Part shown: piece by piece, positions 10,051 through 19,573 of the stretch | Layout of the letters: each line of letters starts with the position of its first letter | Position numbering within the stretch: the stretch's first letter is position 1 | Assembly (NCBI RefSeq): GCF_000017845.1 | Contig: NC_010546.1 | Location: 930,001-962,000, forward strand | From: Crocosphaera subtropica ATCC 51142 | GTDB lineage: Bacteria; Cyanobacteriota; Cyanobacteriia; Cyanobacteriales; Microcystaceae | Length of the DNA: 32,000 nt | Direction: 5' to 3' | The notes under the pieces: generated by a model | The model's input: only the letters and a program-made list of their open reading frames with translations | Database searches by the model: none | What the model was told of the DNA's origin: nothing | Program-made: the position numbers and the translations under genes

Positions 10051-10698
10051 CTAAAGTTTATTATCTCGCCAGGTGAAAATTACTCTTTCTTCTGCTTGTC
10101 TAAATTCAATATTAAACTGATCGAAAATAACTTCTCTTCCTAATAATGATTGTTCTGTATCCGTTAGTGTTTGTAACCAAGCAACAGGTGCAATTAATTG
10201 ATGATTATCAATGGTAAATTCTACATTACGCAAAACATATTCTACATTACCCCCAATAGTTTCAGCGACTAAAGTTGACTCTGCATCGGCTAATTGATAA
10301 CCTAAATCTTGACCCATTTTATAAGAAATTAAGCTAACTTCTGCACCAGAATCAACTAACATGGTTGTTTGAATTTCAATTTGATTATGTTTTAACTTTA
10401 CTAAATAATTCGGTTGCCAATTATGACGAACAACAGAACGGAATTGAATCGGTAAAATTTGGATTGAATAATGCTTTCGAGGAACCAAGTAAATGACAAA
10501 AGTTTGATGAGTTGCTTCTGCTTCTTCTAAAACAGGTTTTAACTTTTTACCATGAGCAATTATCCCCTTTTCATTATAAGCAATATATTGATCTTTATAT
10601 AAATTAAGAACCCTCTCACGATTATTATTTAACCATCGTAATATCGCCTGAGCTTGCTCTTGAGAAATAGCGGAACTCATCTTTATCTTATCCTCCAT
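10051..10698 (-). CDS. DUF5678-like N-terminal domain fused to a retropepsin-like aspartyl protease domain
   Basis: 215 aa. LVDSGAEVSLIS carries the D-S-G-A active-site signature (Asp codon at 10351-10353, checked on the DNA). The N-terminus (WLNNNRERVLNLYKDQYIAYNEKGIIAHGKKL) resembles DUF5678. Confidence 0.6.
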   Translation of the reverse strand: MEDKIKMSSAISQEQAQAILRWLNNNRERVLNLYKDQYIAYNEKGIIAHGKKLKPVLEEAEATHQTFVIYLVPRKHYSIQILPIQFRSVVRHNWQPNYLVKLKHNQIEIQTTMLVDSGAEVSLISYKMGQDLGYQLADAESTLVAETIGGNVEYVLRNVEFTIDNHQLIAPVAWLQTLTDTEQSLLGREVIFDQFNIEFRQAEERVIFTWRDNKL

Positions 10699-10702
10699 AC
10701 TA

Positions 10703-11416
10703 TTATGAAGTTAAACTTTTTTCGACTCTTTCTATATCTAAATCGGAAAAATAATCGATCGCCCAATTAGACAGTCGCTGCATAAAGTGATAGGGATAGG
10801 TATTAGCAATACCCACAACCTCCATTTTAGCCCGTTTTGCTGCTTCAATTCCTGCTGGTGTATCTTCAATGACTAAACAACTTTCGGGGGTTAATTGTAA
10901 GGTAGGATCTAATTCATTAAAGCGTTCAACCGCTAATAAATAACCGTCTGGTTCCGGTTTACTTCTAGGAATTTCGTCACCGCCAACAATTACTTCAAAA
11001 TAGTTTAATATGTCTGCTTTTTCTAAAATGAATTTAACCTCAGACAATATTGTTCCTGTTACTAATCCTATTCGTAGATTATGCTGTTGTAAATGGGTTA
11101 AAAAATCTTTTAATTCAGGATAAATAGGTAATTCCTCTAATGTATTAATTCTTTTACGATAGGCGAGGGTTTTGGCTTCAATTAAATTGTCCAAATAGTC
11201 ATCAGATACCATTCTTCCTCGACGGGATAAAATATCTAATAAACACGCCCTATCGCTTCTACCTAAACACAATTCTTGATATTCTGAGGGATCGGGACGT
11301 AAATTTTCCCCTAATAAAATCTCATTGATCAATTCTTGATGAATCTCTTCATCATTAATAATGACCCCATTAAAATCAAAAATAACTGCTTTTAACATCT
11401 CATTGCTATCACTCAT
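10703..11416 (-). CDS. HAD-superfamily hydrolase (beta-phosphoglucomutase-like subfamily) with atypical motif I
   Basis: 237 aa. Motif I is VIFDFNGVI (D-x-N instead of D-x-D). Motif II is GLVTGT. Motif III/IV region is K..EPDGYL...VIEDTPAGIEAAKRAKM. Confidence 0.75.
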   Translation of the reverse strand: MSDSNEMLKAVIFDFNGVIINDEEIHQELINEILLGENLRPDPSEYQELCLGRSDRACLLDILSRRGRMVSDDYLDNLIEAKTLAYRKRINTLEELPIYPELKDFLTHLQQHNLRIGLVTGTILSEVKFILEKADILNYFEVIVGGDEIPRSKPEPDGYLLAVERFNELDPTLQLTPESCLVIEDTPAGIEAAKRAKMEVVGIANTYPYHFMQRLSNWAIDYFSDLDIERVEKSLTS

Positions 11417-11421
11417 ATCAA

Positions 11422-11877
11422 TTACGTCTGACTGCTTTCTAGTATAGTATCAATCATAGAACTATTATGAAATTCCACTTTGTTTCCATCTTCACAGGGA
11501 ACTAAGGTTTGAATAAGAAAGTCTTGAATCTTATTATCTTCATCAGCTACGATCACCCGTGCTGTGTGACCCCTTTGTATCACTTCCTGGCGATCGCAAT
11601 TTTCATAAGCATAAATAATTAATAAATCCCCTGGTTGACATAATAAAGCAGCCCCACCATTGGGACAAATTTCCCCTTTTCCCGTTTCTCCTGGGATCAC
11701 ATAGGTAGAAAATCGATTCCCGTTATTTAAGTTAACAATATCCACTTCTTCTAACGGCAAAATGCCTACTTTATCCAGTAAGATCGGATCGATCGTGATA
11801 CTACCGACATAGTCAATATTCGCTTCAGTTACCTGTACTCGATGTAACTTAGCGTGCATTAATCGAATCGTTCCCAT
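11422..11877 (-). CDS. panD: aspartate 1-decarboxylase
   Basis: [30 protein letters not shown] contains the Gly-Ser self-processing site. It also has [10 protein letters not shown] and [14 protein letters not shown]. The track ORF starts further upstream at a non-ATG codon, so I prefer ATG at 11877. There is a C-terminal extension relative to short PanD proteins. Confidence 0.85.
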   Translation of the reverse strand: MGTIRLMHAKLHRVQVTEANIDYVGSITIDPILLDKVGILPLEEVDIVNLNNGNRFSTYVIPGETGKGEICPNGGAALLCQPGDLLIIYAYENCDRQEVIQRGHTARVIVADEDNKIQDFLIQTLVPCEDGNKVEFHNSSMIDTILESSQT

Positions 11878-12075
11878 ATCGTTTATTAAACTAATTCTAT
11901 TTCTATCGTGACATATTTTGATGTCTGATGACAGACTGTTACAAAACAAAGATTTATTAATTAATAATTACTCATTATTAATTGTTAATTATTCATTATT
12001 CCTTGTTCAAGAAAACCCTGGTCAAAATTGAGGGATTCCGTTAAGATGCAACTGTTGTCAGTGAAATCTAGATGA

Positions 12076-12969
12076 ATGAGGGAAGAAAATAAAACAGGTT
12101 GGTTACTGTTGATTCCAGCCTTAGCTGTACTTGCTTTTGTCTTTGCTTATCCTATTGGGCGGGCTTTTTGGTTAAGTTTATTCACAGAAAATTTAGGAAC
12201 TCAATTAGAACCGTTTTTTTCAGGCTTTACTAACTATGTCCGTATGGCAGGAGATGGCCGTTTTTGGCAATCTATGTGGAATACTTGGGTGTTTACAGGA
12301 GTTAGTGTTTTTCTAGAATTAGTGTTAGGAATGGTGGTAGCTTTAGTGTTAAATCAAGCCTTTTTCGGTAGAGGTGTGGTGAGAACCATTTCTATGATTC
12401 CTTGGGCGTTACCCACTGCTATTATGGGGTTAGCTTGGGCTTGGATTTTTAACGATCAATATGGGGTAGTCAATGATATTTTACAACGCCTAGGCATCAT
12501 TAATGTAGAAATTAATTGGTTAGGTGATCCCACATTAGCTATGATAGCTTTAATTATCGCTGATGTTTGGAAAACAACGCCTTTTATTAGCATTATTTTA
12601 TTAGCGGGTTTACAATCCATTCCTAAAGATTTATACGAAGCCCATGCCCTCGATGGGGCAAACCCGTGGCAGAGTTTTTATCAAATAACATTACCCTTAA
12701 TTATGCCTCAAGTTTTAATTGCTTTATTGTTTAGATTTGCCCAAGCTTTCGGGATTTTTGACCTGGTTCAAGTGATGACAGGAGGCGGTCCAGCCGGGGC
12801 AACGGAAACTGTTTCTATTTATATTTATTCGACAGTAATGAGATATTTAGACTTTGGTTATGGGGCAGCGTTAGTTGTGATTACATTTCTCTTATTAATT
12901 GCTGCAGTTGCTTTAACAGCTTTCTTATTAAATCAAGTCAGAAAAAGTGGGCAAGGGAGTTTGTTTTAA
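12076..12969 (+). CDS. carbohydrate ABC transporter permease (MalF/UgpA-like)
   Basis: 297 aa with multiple TM segments and an EAA loop (EAHALDGANPWQSFYQITLP). Confidence 0.85.
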   Translation: MREENKTGWLLLIPALAVLAFVFAYPIGRAFWLSLFTENLGTQLEPFFSGFTNYVRMAGDGRFWQSMWNTWVFTGVSVFLELVLGMVVALVLNQAFFGRGVVRTISMIPWALPTAIMGLAWAWIFNDQYGVVNDILQRLGIINVEINWLGDPTLAMIALIIADVWKTTPFISIILLAGLQSIPKDLYEAHALDGANPWQSFYQITLPLIMPQVLIALLFRFAQAFGIFDLVQVMTGGGPAGATETVSIYIYSTVMRYLDFGYGAALVVITFLLLIAAVALTAFLLNQVRKSGQGSLF

Positions 12970-13013
12970 TCCCTGATAAGTCTGAATTTTATTAATGTTT
13001 GGGAAATCTAACT

Positions 13014-13841
13014 ATGAATAACAAAAAAATTGTTCTTTATCTCGGTGTTTTCTTTGTCATTATCTTTTTTATCACTCCCATTATCTGGCAAATTCTAACT
13101 TCCATTAAAACCAACGAAGCGATTTCGGCTATTCCTAATGTTTATATTCCTAAAACTATAACGTTTGAACATTATATTGAATTATTTCGCCGTCGACCGT
13201 TTGGACTTTATATTTTTAATAGTGCCTTAGTTTCTATTGTATCTACGTTCATTTGTTTAGTAATTGGTTCCCCGGCTGCTTATGTATTAGCTAGACTCAA
13301 TATTCCTGGGAAAAATCTTATTTTAGGTTTAGTTTTAATTGTTTCTTTATTTCCCTATGTTTTATTATTTTTAGGCTTGTTAGAAGTGATCAAATTGTTT
13401 GGATTAGGAAATAATTATTTAGCCTTAATTGTTCCTTATACTGGAATCAATTTACCCTTGACCATTTTAGTGATGCGTAGTTTCTTTGAACAACTCCCCA
13501 AAGACTTAGAAGACGCAGCCCGTATTGATGGGTATAAAATGATTCCCATGTTGCTGCAAATTCTCTTACCCATGACCCTTCCTGCTTTAGTGACAACGGG
13601 TATTTTAACCTTTATTTTTGCCTGGAATGAATACATTTTTGCCCTCACCTTTATTACCCGTGAAACCATGAAAACCATTCCCGTAGCCACCGCTCAAATC
13701 GGGGGAGCAACCATTTTTGAAATACCCTATGGACCCATTGCAGCAGCCACGGTTTTAGGAACCTTTCCCCTGGTTTTATTAGTCTTATTCTTCCAGAGAA
13801 GGATTGTTGAGGGACTAACCGCAGGAGCCGTTAAAGGGTAA
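13014..13841 (+). CDS. carbohydrate ABC transporter permease (MalG/UgpE-like)
   Basis: EAA loop EDAARIDGYKMIPMLLQILLP. I prefer ATG at 13014 over the TTG at 12999 used by the track. Confidence 0.85.
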   Translation: MNNKKIVLYLGVFFVIIFFITPIIWQILTSIKTNEAISAIPNVYIPKTITFEHYIELFRRRPFGLYIFNSALVSIVSTFICLVIGSPAAYVLARLNIPGKNLILGLVLIVSLFPYVLLFLGLLEVIKLFGLGNNYLALIVPYTGINLPLTILVMRSFFEQLPKDLEDAARIDGYKMIPMLLQILLPMTLPALVTTGILTFIFAWNEYIFALTFITRETMKTIPVATAQIGGATIFEIPYGPIAAATVLGTFPLVLLVLFFQRRIVEGLTAGAVKG

Positions 13842-13847
13842 AATGAT

Positions 13848-13946
13848 TTGAGTTCGGAGTTAGGGGTTCGGAGTTCTGCGTTAGGATGTTTTGAACTGAA
13901 CATTAAACTCGGTTTTCTCAAATTATCTTGCGTCGAACTTAGGTTA
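13848..13946 (+). repeat. MITE-like dispersed repeat, copy 1
   Basis: Left arm tgagttcggagttagg, with GTTCGGAGTT duplicated at 13852-13861 and 13866-13875. Right arm cgtcgaacttaggtta (13931-13946). It starts 7 nt after the permease stop codon. Confidence 0.6.
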
Positions 13947-14018
13947 AAATAACTAACTAAATAAAAATAATAAAGCATAAAATATCCATTAGATTTGATT
14001 ATGTGAGGAGGTTGAAAA

Positions 14019-15299
14019 ATGTTGGATTTATTAGCCCTAACTTTAGCTAACTTCTTAGGAAAAACGCCCCCATCTCTCGAAGTCGTTCCCGTAGTCGCTT
14101 GGCAAGAGGCAAAAGTGTTCGATGTTCCTACCCAATCTGATTCGGTGGTAGAGTCCATTATTGCCGATTATCTAAAAAATTTAGCGGATTTAGGTTTTTC
14201 TGCTGAGAAACAAGGTATTTGGTTCCAATCAGACTGGGCTTATTTAGGGGATCATCAGTCCCAAACTCCCCTATCGGCCGCCTCTTTGACGAAAATTGCC
14301 ACCTCTTTAGCAGCTTTAGAAACCTGGGGAACCCAACATCGTTTTGAGACAGAATTTTTAACCGTTGGAACCGTAGAAAATGGAGTTCTAAAAGGGGATT
14401 TAATTGTCAAAGGTAGCGGTGATCCTTTATTTGTTTGGGAAGAAGCGATCGCCGTCGGTAATAAACTCAATGAACTGGGGATTAAAGAAGTCACGGGCAA
14501 CCTAATTATTGTGGATAATTTCGCCATGAATTTTAAATCAGATCCCCCAACTTCCGGACAATTACTACAACTCGCCTTAAATTCTCGTCGTTGGACTCCT
14601 ATCATTCAACAGCAATATCAAAAGTTACCGCCCAACACCCCCAAACCTCAAATTACCATTCAAGGAACGGTCAAAGTTCAAAATCAGGTGCCTGAAACGG
14701 CGAAAACCTTGCTCACCCATCAATCCTTAACCATGGCCGAACTACTTAAACAAATGAATATTTATAGTAATAATGTCATGTCCGAGATGATTGCTGAGTC
14801 GGTGGGTGGGGCTGCCGTTGTCTCAGAAATGGCGGCCAAAGCAGCTAAAGTGGATTCTCAAGAAATCCAATTGATCAATGGATCGGGGTTAGGGGTAGAA
14901 AATCGCATTTCTCCGAGGGCTTCAGTCGGAATGTTAATGGCGATCGAAGAAAAATTAAAAGATAATCCCTTGAGTGTGGCGGACTTGTTTCCCATGGGGG
15001 GAAGAGATACCACCGGAACAGTTCAATGGCGAAATCTGCCCGATGGTGTTGCCGTTAAAACGGGAACCCTAGCCCAAGTCAGTGCTTTAGCCGGGGTGAT
15101 CCCCACTAAAGAACGGGGGCTAGTGTGGTTTGCCATTATTAATCATGGATCTAATGTTGATCGTTTTCGTGTCGAACAGGATCGCTTGTTACAAAAGTTA
15201 GCCAATCATTGGAACTTAACCCCTATTGTTTCCCCAGTGAAAGCGACACAACCTGTCAAGTTAGGCGATCCTAAACGTAATTTGACTCAGGAAAGTTAG
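14019..15299 (+). CDS. dacB: D-alanyl-D-alanine carboxypeptidase/endopeptidase (PBP4, peptidase S13)
   Basis: 426 aa with the SxxK (AASLTKI), SxN (YSNNVMSE) and KTG (VKTGTL) motifs in the right order. Confidence 0.85.
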   Translation: MLDLLALTLANFLGKTPPSLEVVPVVAWQEAKVFDVPTQSDSVVESIIADYLKNLADLGFSAEKQGIWFQSDWAYLGDHQSQTPLSAASLTKIATSLAALETWGTQHRFETEFLTVGTVENGVLKGDLIVKGSGDPLFVWEEAIAVGNKLNELGIKEVTGNLIIVDNFAMNFKSDPPTSGQLLQLALNSRRWTPIIQQQYQKLPPNTPKPQITIQGTVKVQNQVPETAKTLLTHQSLTMAELLKQMNIYSNNVMSEMIAESVGGAAVVSEMAAKAAKVDSQEIQLINGSGLGVENRISPRASVGMLMAIEEKLKDNPLSVADLFPMGGRDTTGTVQWRNLPDGVAVKTGTLAQVSALAGVIPTKERGLVWFAIINHGSNVDRFRVEQDRLLQKLANHWNLTPIVSPVKATQPVKLGDPKRNLTQES

Positions 15300-15536
15300 T
15301 CCCGTAGGGTCAATAATAATGACGGGATTATTCTAACTAAAAGTGCGATCGCCTCCATTGCAAATTCTCAAGTGATTATACTAAGGCTTAGAAATAAGGT
15401 GAAACGACTTTGTTAAGTTGTTTTACTGAAAATTTCCTCGGTTTGCGTTCTAAATTTTAAGCTTTATTCCAAAGTGTTCTAGAATACAACTTTCATTGTT
15501 AGCATAGGGATCTTGAGAATTCTATCGAAAAATCCT

Positions 15537-16028
15537 ATGAATCAAGCTGTCGTTGCTGTTATGGATGGGACAAAAGCCCGTTTCTTTACCCTAGAAGAAG
15601 CTGAGTTTCCCGAATACGAGTCGAGTCCTAATTTGGTAGAACACGAATGTTTAACCAATACTGCCAAAGAAATGGCAGGAAGGGAACTATGGGCCAACAC
15701 CAAAGGGCGTAACCGAGGAGCGCGCACTCAAGGCCATGGTTATGACGACCATCGTAGTAACCATCTCAGTGAATACGAACGAAACTTTGCTAAGGATATT
15801 AGTCAGAAAATTACAGAGTGTCTTCTAGAATGGGACTCTCGTTTTATTCTTTTAGTGGCTGAACCTCAAATGCTAGGATTCGTCCGTGAGTCTTTATCTC
15901 CCCATTTGCCCAAAGGCATTAAACTCGAAGAACTGGCAAAAGACCTTTGTAAACTTAAACCTTTAGAACTTCATGAATATTTAGCCCATAAAAATTTAGT
16001 TCCTGCTCGTAAAGCAGTGGTACTTTGA
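15537..16028 (+). CDS. host-attachment-family protein (eRF1-domain-like)
   Basis: VVAVMDGTKARFF ... ERNFAKDISQKI ... ILLVAEPQMLGFVRESL ... LAKDL follows the remembered Host_attach family layout. ATG at 15537 is preferred over the track start at 15513. Confidence 0.55.
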   Translation: MNQAVVAVMDGTKARFFTLEEAEFPEYESSPNLVEHECLTNTAKEMAGRELWANTKGRNRGARTQGHGYDDHRSNHLSEYERNFAKDISQKITECLLEWDSRFILLVAEPQMLGFVRESLSPHLPKGIKLEELAKDLCKLKPLELHEYLAHKNLVPARKAVVL

Positions 16029-16035
16029 TGGTATT

Positions 16036-16071
16036 CCCCACTATCATCTTTCGATGGAGTGGGGTCTTTTT
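16036..16071 (+). terminator. Rho-independent terminator
   Basis: ccccactatcatc-tttc-gatggagtgggg forms a stem of about 12 bp with one bulge, followed by tcttttt. It starts 8 nt after the stop codon. Confidence 0.75.
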
Positions 16072-16119
16072 GAATTAATGCCTTAAAATAAGTGGTAACT
16101 GCTCACTAATAAGCAAAAT

Positions 16120-16911
16120 ATGATGAGCGATCGCTTAACCCAAACCTGGCAATGGCAGTCCGCCGAAGGGCTACCCTATTTAACTTGTTCCCTGCTGCAA
16201 GCTTGGCCTCACGGCTTTTTTACCCAACCGTTTTATCCAAAAACTCCTGAAGACTTAAGTAAAATTTTTCATCCCCAAGCGGATAGCTACCGCGTCAAAC
16301 AAGTCCACGGTAATCGTGTTTTGTCCCCTGGTGAAATTATAGAAGAGACTACAGAAGAGGGTTTTCCCCCTGCTGATGGGATCATTGCCAATCTCGAAAA
16401 ACAAGCCATTTGGGTGGCCAGTGCTGATTGTACCCCGGTTTTGATAGGAGATGAAGTCACGGGCAATATTGCAGCGATTCATGCCGGGTGGCGAGGAACG
16501 GCAAAAAGAATCGTCCCAGAAGCGATCGCCCGTTTACAAGCTTGGGGCAGTGCTTTAGAAAATTTACGCATTGCTATGGGGCCAGCTATTAGTGGAGACG
16601 TGTATCAGGTGTCTAAAGAAGTGGCCGGAGAAGTGGGAGAAAGTTTGTTTGAAAAAGAAAAAATAGATAGCTTAGAGGGGATTTTAAAGCCCTTAGAAAA
16701 GATTTCTAACCCTCCCATCTTATCTGATCCAGAACCTGGAAAAGTCCGTTTAGATGTGCGTCGTATTAATCAATTACAACTTGAACAATTGGGCATCAAA
16801 GCCGAGCAAATTAGTATAGCCCCTTATTGCACTTATCAATCCCCTTCTCATTTCTTTTCCTATCGACGCACCCAAGAAAAAAAGGTACAGTGGTCAGGTA
16901 TTATGATATGA
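16120..16911 (+). CDS. pgeF: peptidoglycan editing factor PgeF (YfiH/DUF152, laccase-domain protein)
   Basis: 263 aa with QVHGNRV, PADGII, SADCTPVL, IHAGWRG and FFSYRR motifs. Confidence 0.85.
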   Translation: MMSDRLTQTWQWQSAEGLPYLTCSLLQAWPHGFFTQPFYPKTPEDLSKIFHPQADSYRVKQVHGNRVLSPGEIIEETTEEGFPPADGIIANLEKQAIWVASADCTPVLIGDEVTGNIAAIHAGWRGTAKRIVPEAIARLQAWGSALENLRIAMGPAISGDVYQVSKEVAGEVGESLFEKEKIDSLEGILKPLEKISNPPILSDPEPGKVRLDVRRINQLQLEQLGIKAEQISIAPYCTYQSPSHFFSYRRTQEKKVQWSGIMI

Positions 16912-16913
16912 TA

Positions 16914-17067
16914 GGAGTTCAGCTTTAGATAGTATAGTATCAAGTCTCGAAGCAGGGAGAAGGGAGAAGGGAGAAAAAAGTTACTCTACTAAAATAAGCG
17001 GATTTGGTATGAGACTTCTTGTTGGGTGTCAGTTTTCCCTAGATTCTCTTCCGTCGAACTCAGGTTA
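16914..17067 (+). repeat. MITE-like dispersed repeat, copy 2, containing a 3 x 7-bp tandem repeat AGGGAGA at 16954-16974
   Basis: The right arm cgtcgaactcaggtta (17052-17067) matches copy 1 at 15 of 16 positions. The left arm ggagttcagctttaga matches copy 3 more weakly (12 of 16). It starts 3 nt after the pgeF stop. Confidence 0.5.
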
Positions 17068-17077
17068 TATTAATACT

Positions 17078-17656
17078 TCAAAATTTAGATAACTCTAAAT
17101 CAAATCCAGATAAGATATTTTCTCCTGATAAAGTGGTTGGTAATGAAACAATTTCTACTGGCTGATTTTGACGATAAATTTCGACTTGTTGATTTTGCGA
17201 ATTAATTAACCACCCTAATTTTAACCCACTGTTAAGATACTCTTGCATCTTGGTTTGAAGTTGATGTAAACTATCAGTTCTTGACCGTAATTCAATGACA
17301 AAATCGGGACAAATAGGAGCAAATGTTTCTTTTTCTTCTAAAGTTAATCTATTCCATCTTTGATTAGAAATCCAAGCTACATCGGGAGAACGTTTACCTC
17401 CATTGGGTAAGATGAAAACTGTAGAAGAACTAAACACTTTTCCTAGTTTGGTTTGACGATTCCATAACCAAACTAAACCATTTAATTCCGATTCCCTATT
17501 ACCACTAATTGCACCAACGGGAGGCATAATAATTAGTTCTCCTTTAGCGGTTTCTTCCAGTCGCCATTGATCATTAACTTGGCAAAGTTGATAAAATTGT
17601 TCATCGCTTAAGCCAACATTTTTTATGTTTAAAATAATCGGTTTAGTAAGCATCAT
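17078..17656 (-). CDS. Uma2 family endonuclease (DUF820)
   Basis: 192 aa with PD-(D/E)xK-like elements (SPDVAW, CPDFVIELRS). This family is very abundant in cyanobacteria. Confidence 0.75.
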   Translation of the reverse strand: MMLTKPIILNIKNVGLSDEQFYQLCQVNDQWRLEETAKGELIIMPPVGAISGNRESELNGLVWLWNRQTKLGKVFSSSTVFILPNGGKRSPDVAWISNQRWNRLTLEEKETFAPICPDFVIELRSRTDSLHQLQTKMQEYLNSGLKLGWLINSQNQQVEIYRQNQPVEIVSLPTTLSGENILSGFDLELSKF

Positions 17657-17673
17657 GATTTACTGTAATTCTA

Positions 17674-18423
17674 TTACAAAATTTGTGATAAAAATTTCTG
17701 ACTTCTTTCTTCTTGTGGGTTATTAAAAAAGTTTTCAGGTGTGGCTATCTCTACTATTTTACCTTCATCCATAAAGACCACCCTATCGGCCACTTCCCTC
17801 GCAAACCCCACCTCATGGGTGACACATACCATAGTCATACCTCCATCTGCTAAACTACGCATGGTATCTAAGACTTCTTTAATCATCTCCGGGTCAAGGG
17901 CTGAAGTGGGTTCATCAAATAACATAATTTTGGGTTCCATAGCTAATGCGCGGGCAATGGCCACCCGTTGCTGTTGTCCCCCAGATAATTGACCCGGATA
18001 TTTGTTGGCCTGTTCTAAAATCCCCACTTTTTCTAGTAGTTGCATGGCTTTGGCTTCGGCTTTATCTTTTTTCCAATGTCGCACCCAAATGGGGGCTAAG
18101 GTAACATTATTGAGGACAGTTAAATGAGGAAATAAATTAAATTGTTGGAATACCATGCCAACTTCTCGTCTAATGGCTTCAATATTTTTGAGGTCATGGG
18201 ATAGTTTAATCCCATCAACAATAATACTACCTTTTTGATAGGGTTCTAAGGCATTAAAGGTACGAATAAAGGTTGATTTTCCCGAACCAGATGGACCCAT
18301 AACAACCACAACTTCTCCTTGATTAACAGTAAGACTAACCCCTTGTAAAACATGAAAGTTGTTGTCATACCATTTTTCTACATCCTGGGCGATAATAGCT
18401 TTTTCTGGGAAAGTTTGGGTCAT
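17674..18423 (-). CDS. amino-acid ABC transporter ATP-binding protein (GlnQ/BgtA-like)
   Basis: Walker [10 protein letters not shown], signature LSGGQQQRV, Walker [15 protein letters not shown] at 18423 (MTQTFPEK...) is preferred over the track start at 18474. Confidence 0.9.
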   Translation of the reverse strand: MTQTFPEKAIIAQDVEKWYDNNFHVLQGVSLTVNQGEVVVVMGPSGSGKSTFIRTFNALEPYQKGSIIVDGIKLSHDLKNIEAIRREVGMVFQQFNLFPHLTVLNNVTLAPIWVRHWKKDKAEAKAMQLLEKVGILEQANKYPGQLSGGQQQRVAIARALAMEPKIMLFDEPTSALDPEMIKEVLDTMRSLADGGMTMVCVTHEVGFAREVADRVVFMDEGKIVEIATPENFFNNPQEERSQKFLSQIL

Positions 18424-18569
18424 GGTTTGAGTGATCCTTAATGATTGAATATTATCTATTTTAGCAATGATCAATGAAAGTTTTATATTGATTGCTTGAT
18501 TAATTCAAAAAGTAGATTAATTGATGCACAGTTTACATTAAAATAGTATTGATCTCTCTTGAAACTATT

Positions 18570-19565
18570 ATGAAAGTTATCTTTTTTGGAACTCCACAAT
18601 TTGCTGTACCGACGTTACAACAATTATTAGATCATCCTCAATTTAATGTGATTGGGGTGGTAACACAACCTGATAAAAGAAGAGGAAGAGGTACACAGTT
18701 AATGCCCTCAGCCGTTAAACAAGTGGCTTTAAATCATAATCTTTCTATCTGGCAACCTAAACGAATTAAAAAAGATCAAGACACCCTTTTACAGCTAAAA
18801 AATAGTCAAGCTGATGTGTTTGTCGTTGTGGCTTATGGACAAATTTTATCGTCAGAAATTTTACAAATGCCTAAATTGGGATGTATTAATGTTCATGGTT
18901 CTATTTTACCTCAATATCGTGGGGCTGCCCCGATTCAATGGTGTCTTTATAACGGCGATCGCCAAACAGGAATTACGACTATGTTAATGGATGAGGGGAT
19001 GGATACAGGAGATATGTTATTAAAGGCTTATACTGATATTTCTTTATTCGATAATGCTGATGAAATAGCTGAAAAATTAGCGAATCAAGGGGCAGATTTA
19101 TTAATTGAAACCTTAGAAAAATTAGAAGCCAATGAAATCGAAGCCACTCCCCAAAATGATAATGAAGCCACTTATGCTTCTTTAATTGGTAAAGATGATT
19201 TTATCATTGACTGGAATCAATCAGCGATCGCTATTCATAATCAAGTGAGAGGATTTTACCCAAATTGTTTTACCTCATTTCGAGATAATAAGTTAAAAAT
19301 TATGGCAACTATTCCTATTAATGATAATTATCTACAAGCATTAGGTGAAAAGTATAAAAGGTTAAAACATCAGATCAACTTATTAGATAAAACTGAAGGT
19401 AAACCTGGGAAAGTTGTTAGTATCATTAAAAATTTTGGTCCTGTTATTCAAACAGGAGAAGGGTTATTATTACTCTCAGAAATTCAGCGATCGGCAAAAC
19501 GTCCCCAGTCAGGTTGGGATTTAGTTAATGGAACCCGTTTAGAAGTAGGAGAACTATTAGGCTAA
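18570..19565 (+). CDS. fmt: methionyl-tRNA formyltransferase
   Basis: [28 protein letters not shown] and [20 protein letters not shown] at 18570 is preferred. Confidence 0.9.
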   Translation: MKVIFFGTPQFAVPTLQQLLDHPQFNVIGVVTQPDKRRGRGTQLMPSAVKQVALNHNLSIWQPKRIKKDQDTLLQLKNSQADVFVVVAYGQILSSEILQMPKLGCINVHGSILPQYRGAAPIQWCLYNGDRQTGITTMLMDEGMDTGDMLLKAYTDISLFDNADEIAEKLANQGADLLIETLEKLEANEIEATPQNDNEATYASLIGKDDFIIDWNQSAIAIHNQVRGFYPNCFTSFRDNKLKIMATIPINDNYLQALGEKYKRLKHQINLLDKTEGKPGKVVSIIKNFGPVIQTGEGLLLLSEIQRSAKRPQSGWDLVNGTRLEVGELLG

Positions 19566-19573
19566 GGGTTAAC

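Noticed and set aside
13727-14158. 143-aa minus-strand ORF spanning the permease 3' end, the repeat and the dacB 5' end.
   Set aside because: It overlaps two supported plus-strand genes and a non-coding repeat. It is most likely an artefact of stop-poor sequence.
15300-15327. Hairpin tcccgt...acggga after dacB as a terminator.
   Set aside because: The stem is 6 bp with a 16-nt loop and only a short T-rich tail. It is plausible but too weak to list as a feature.
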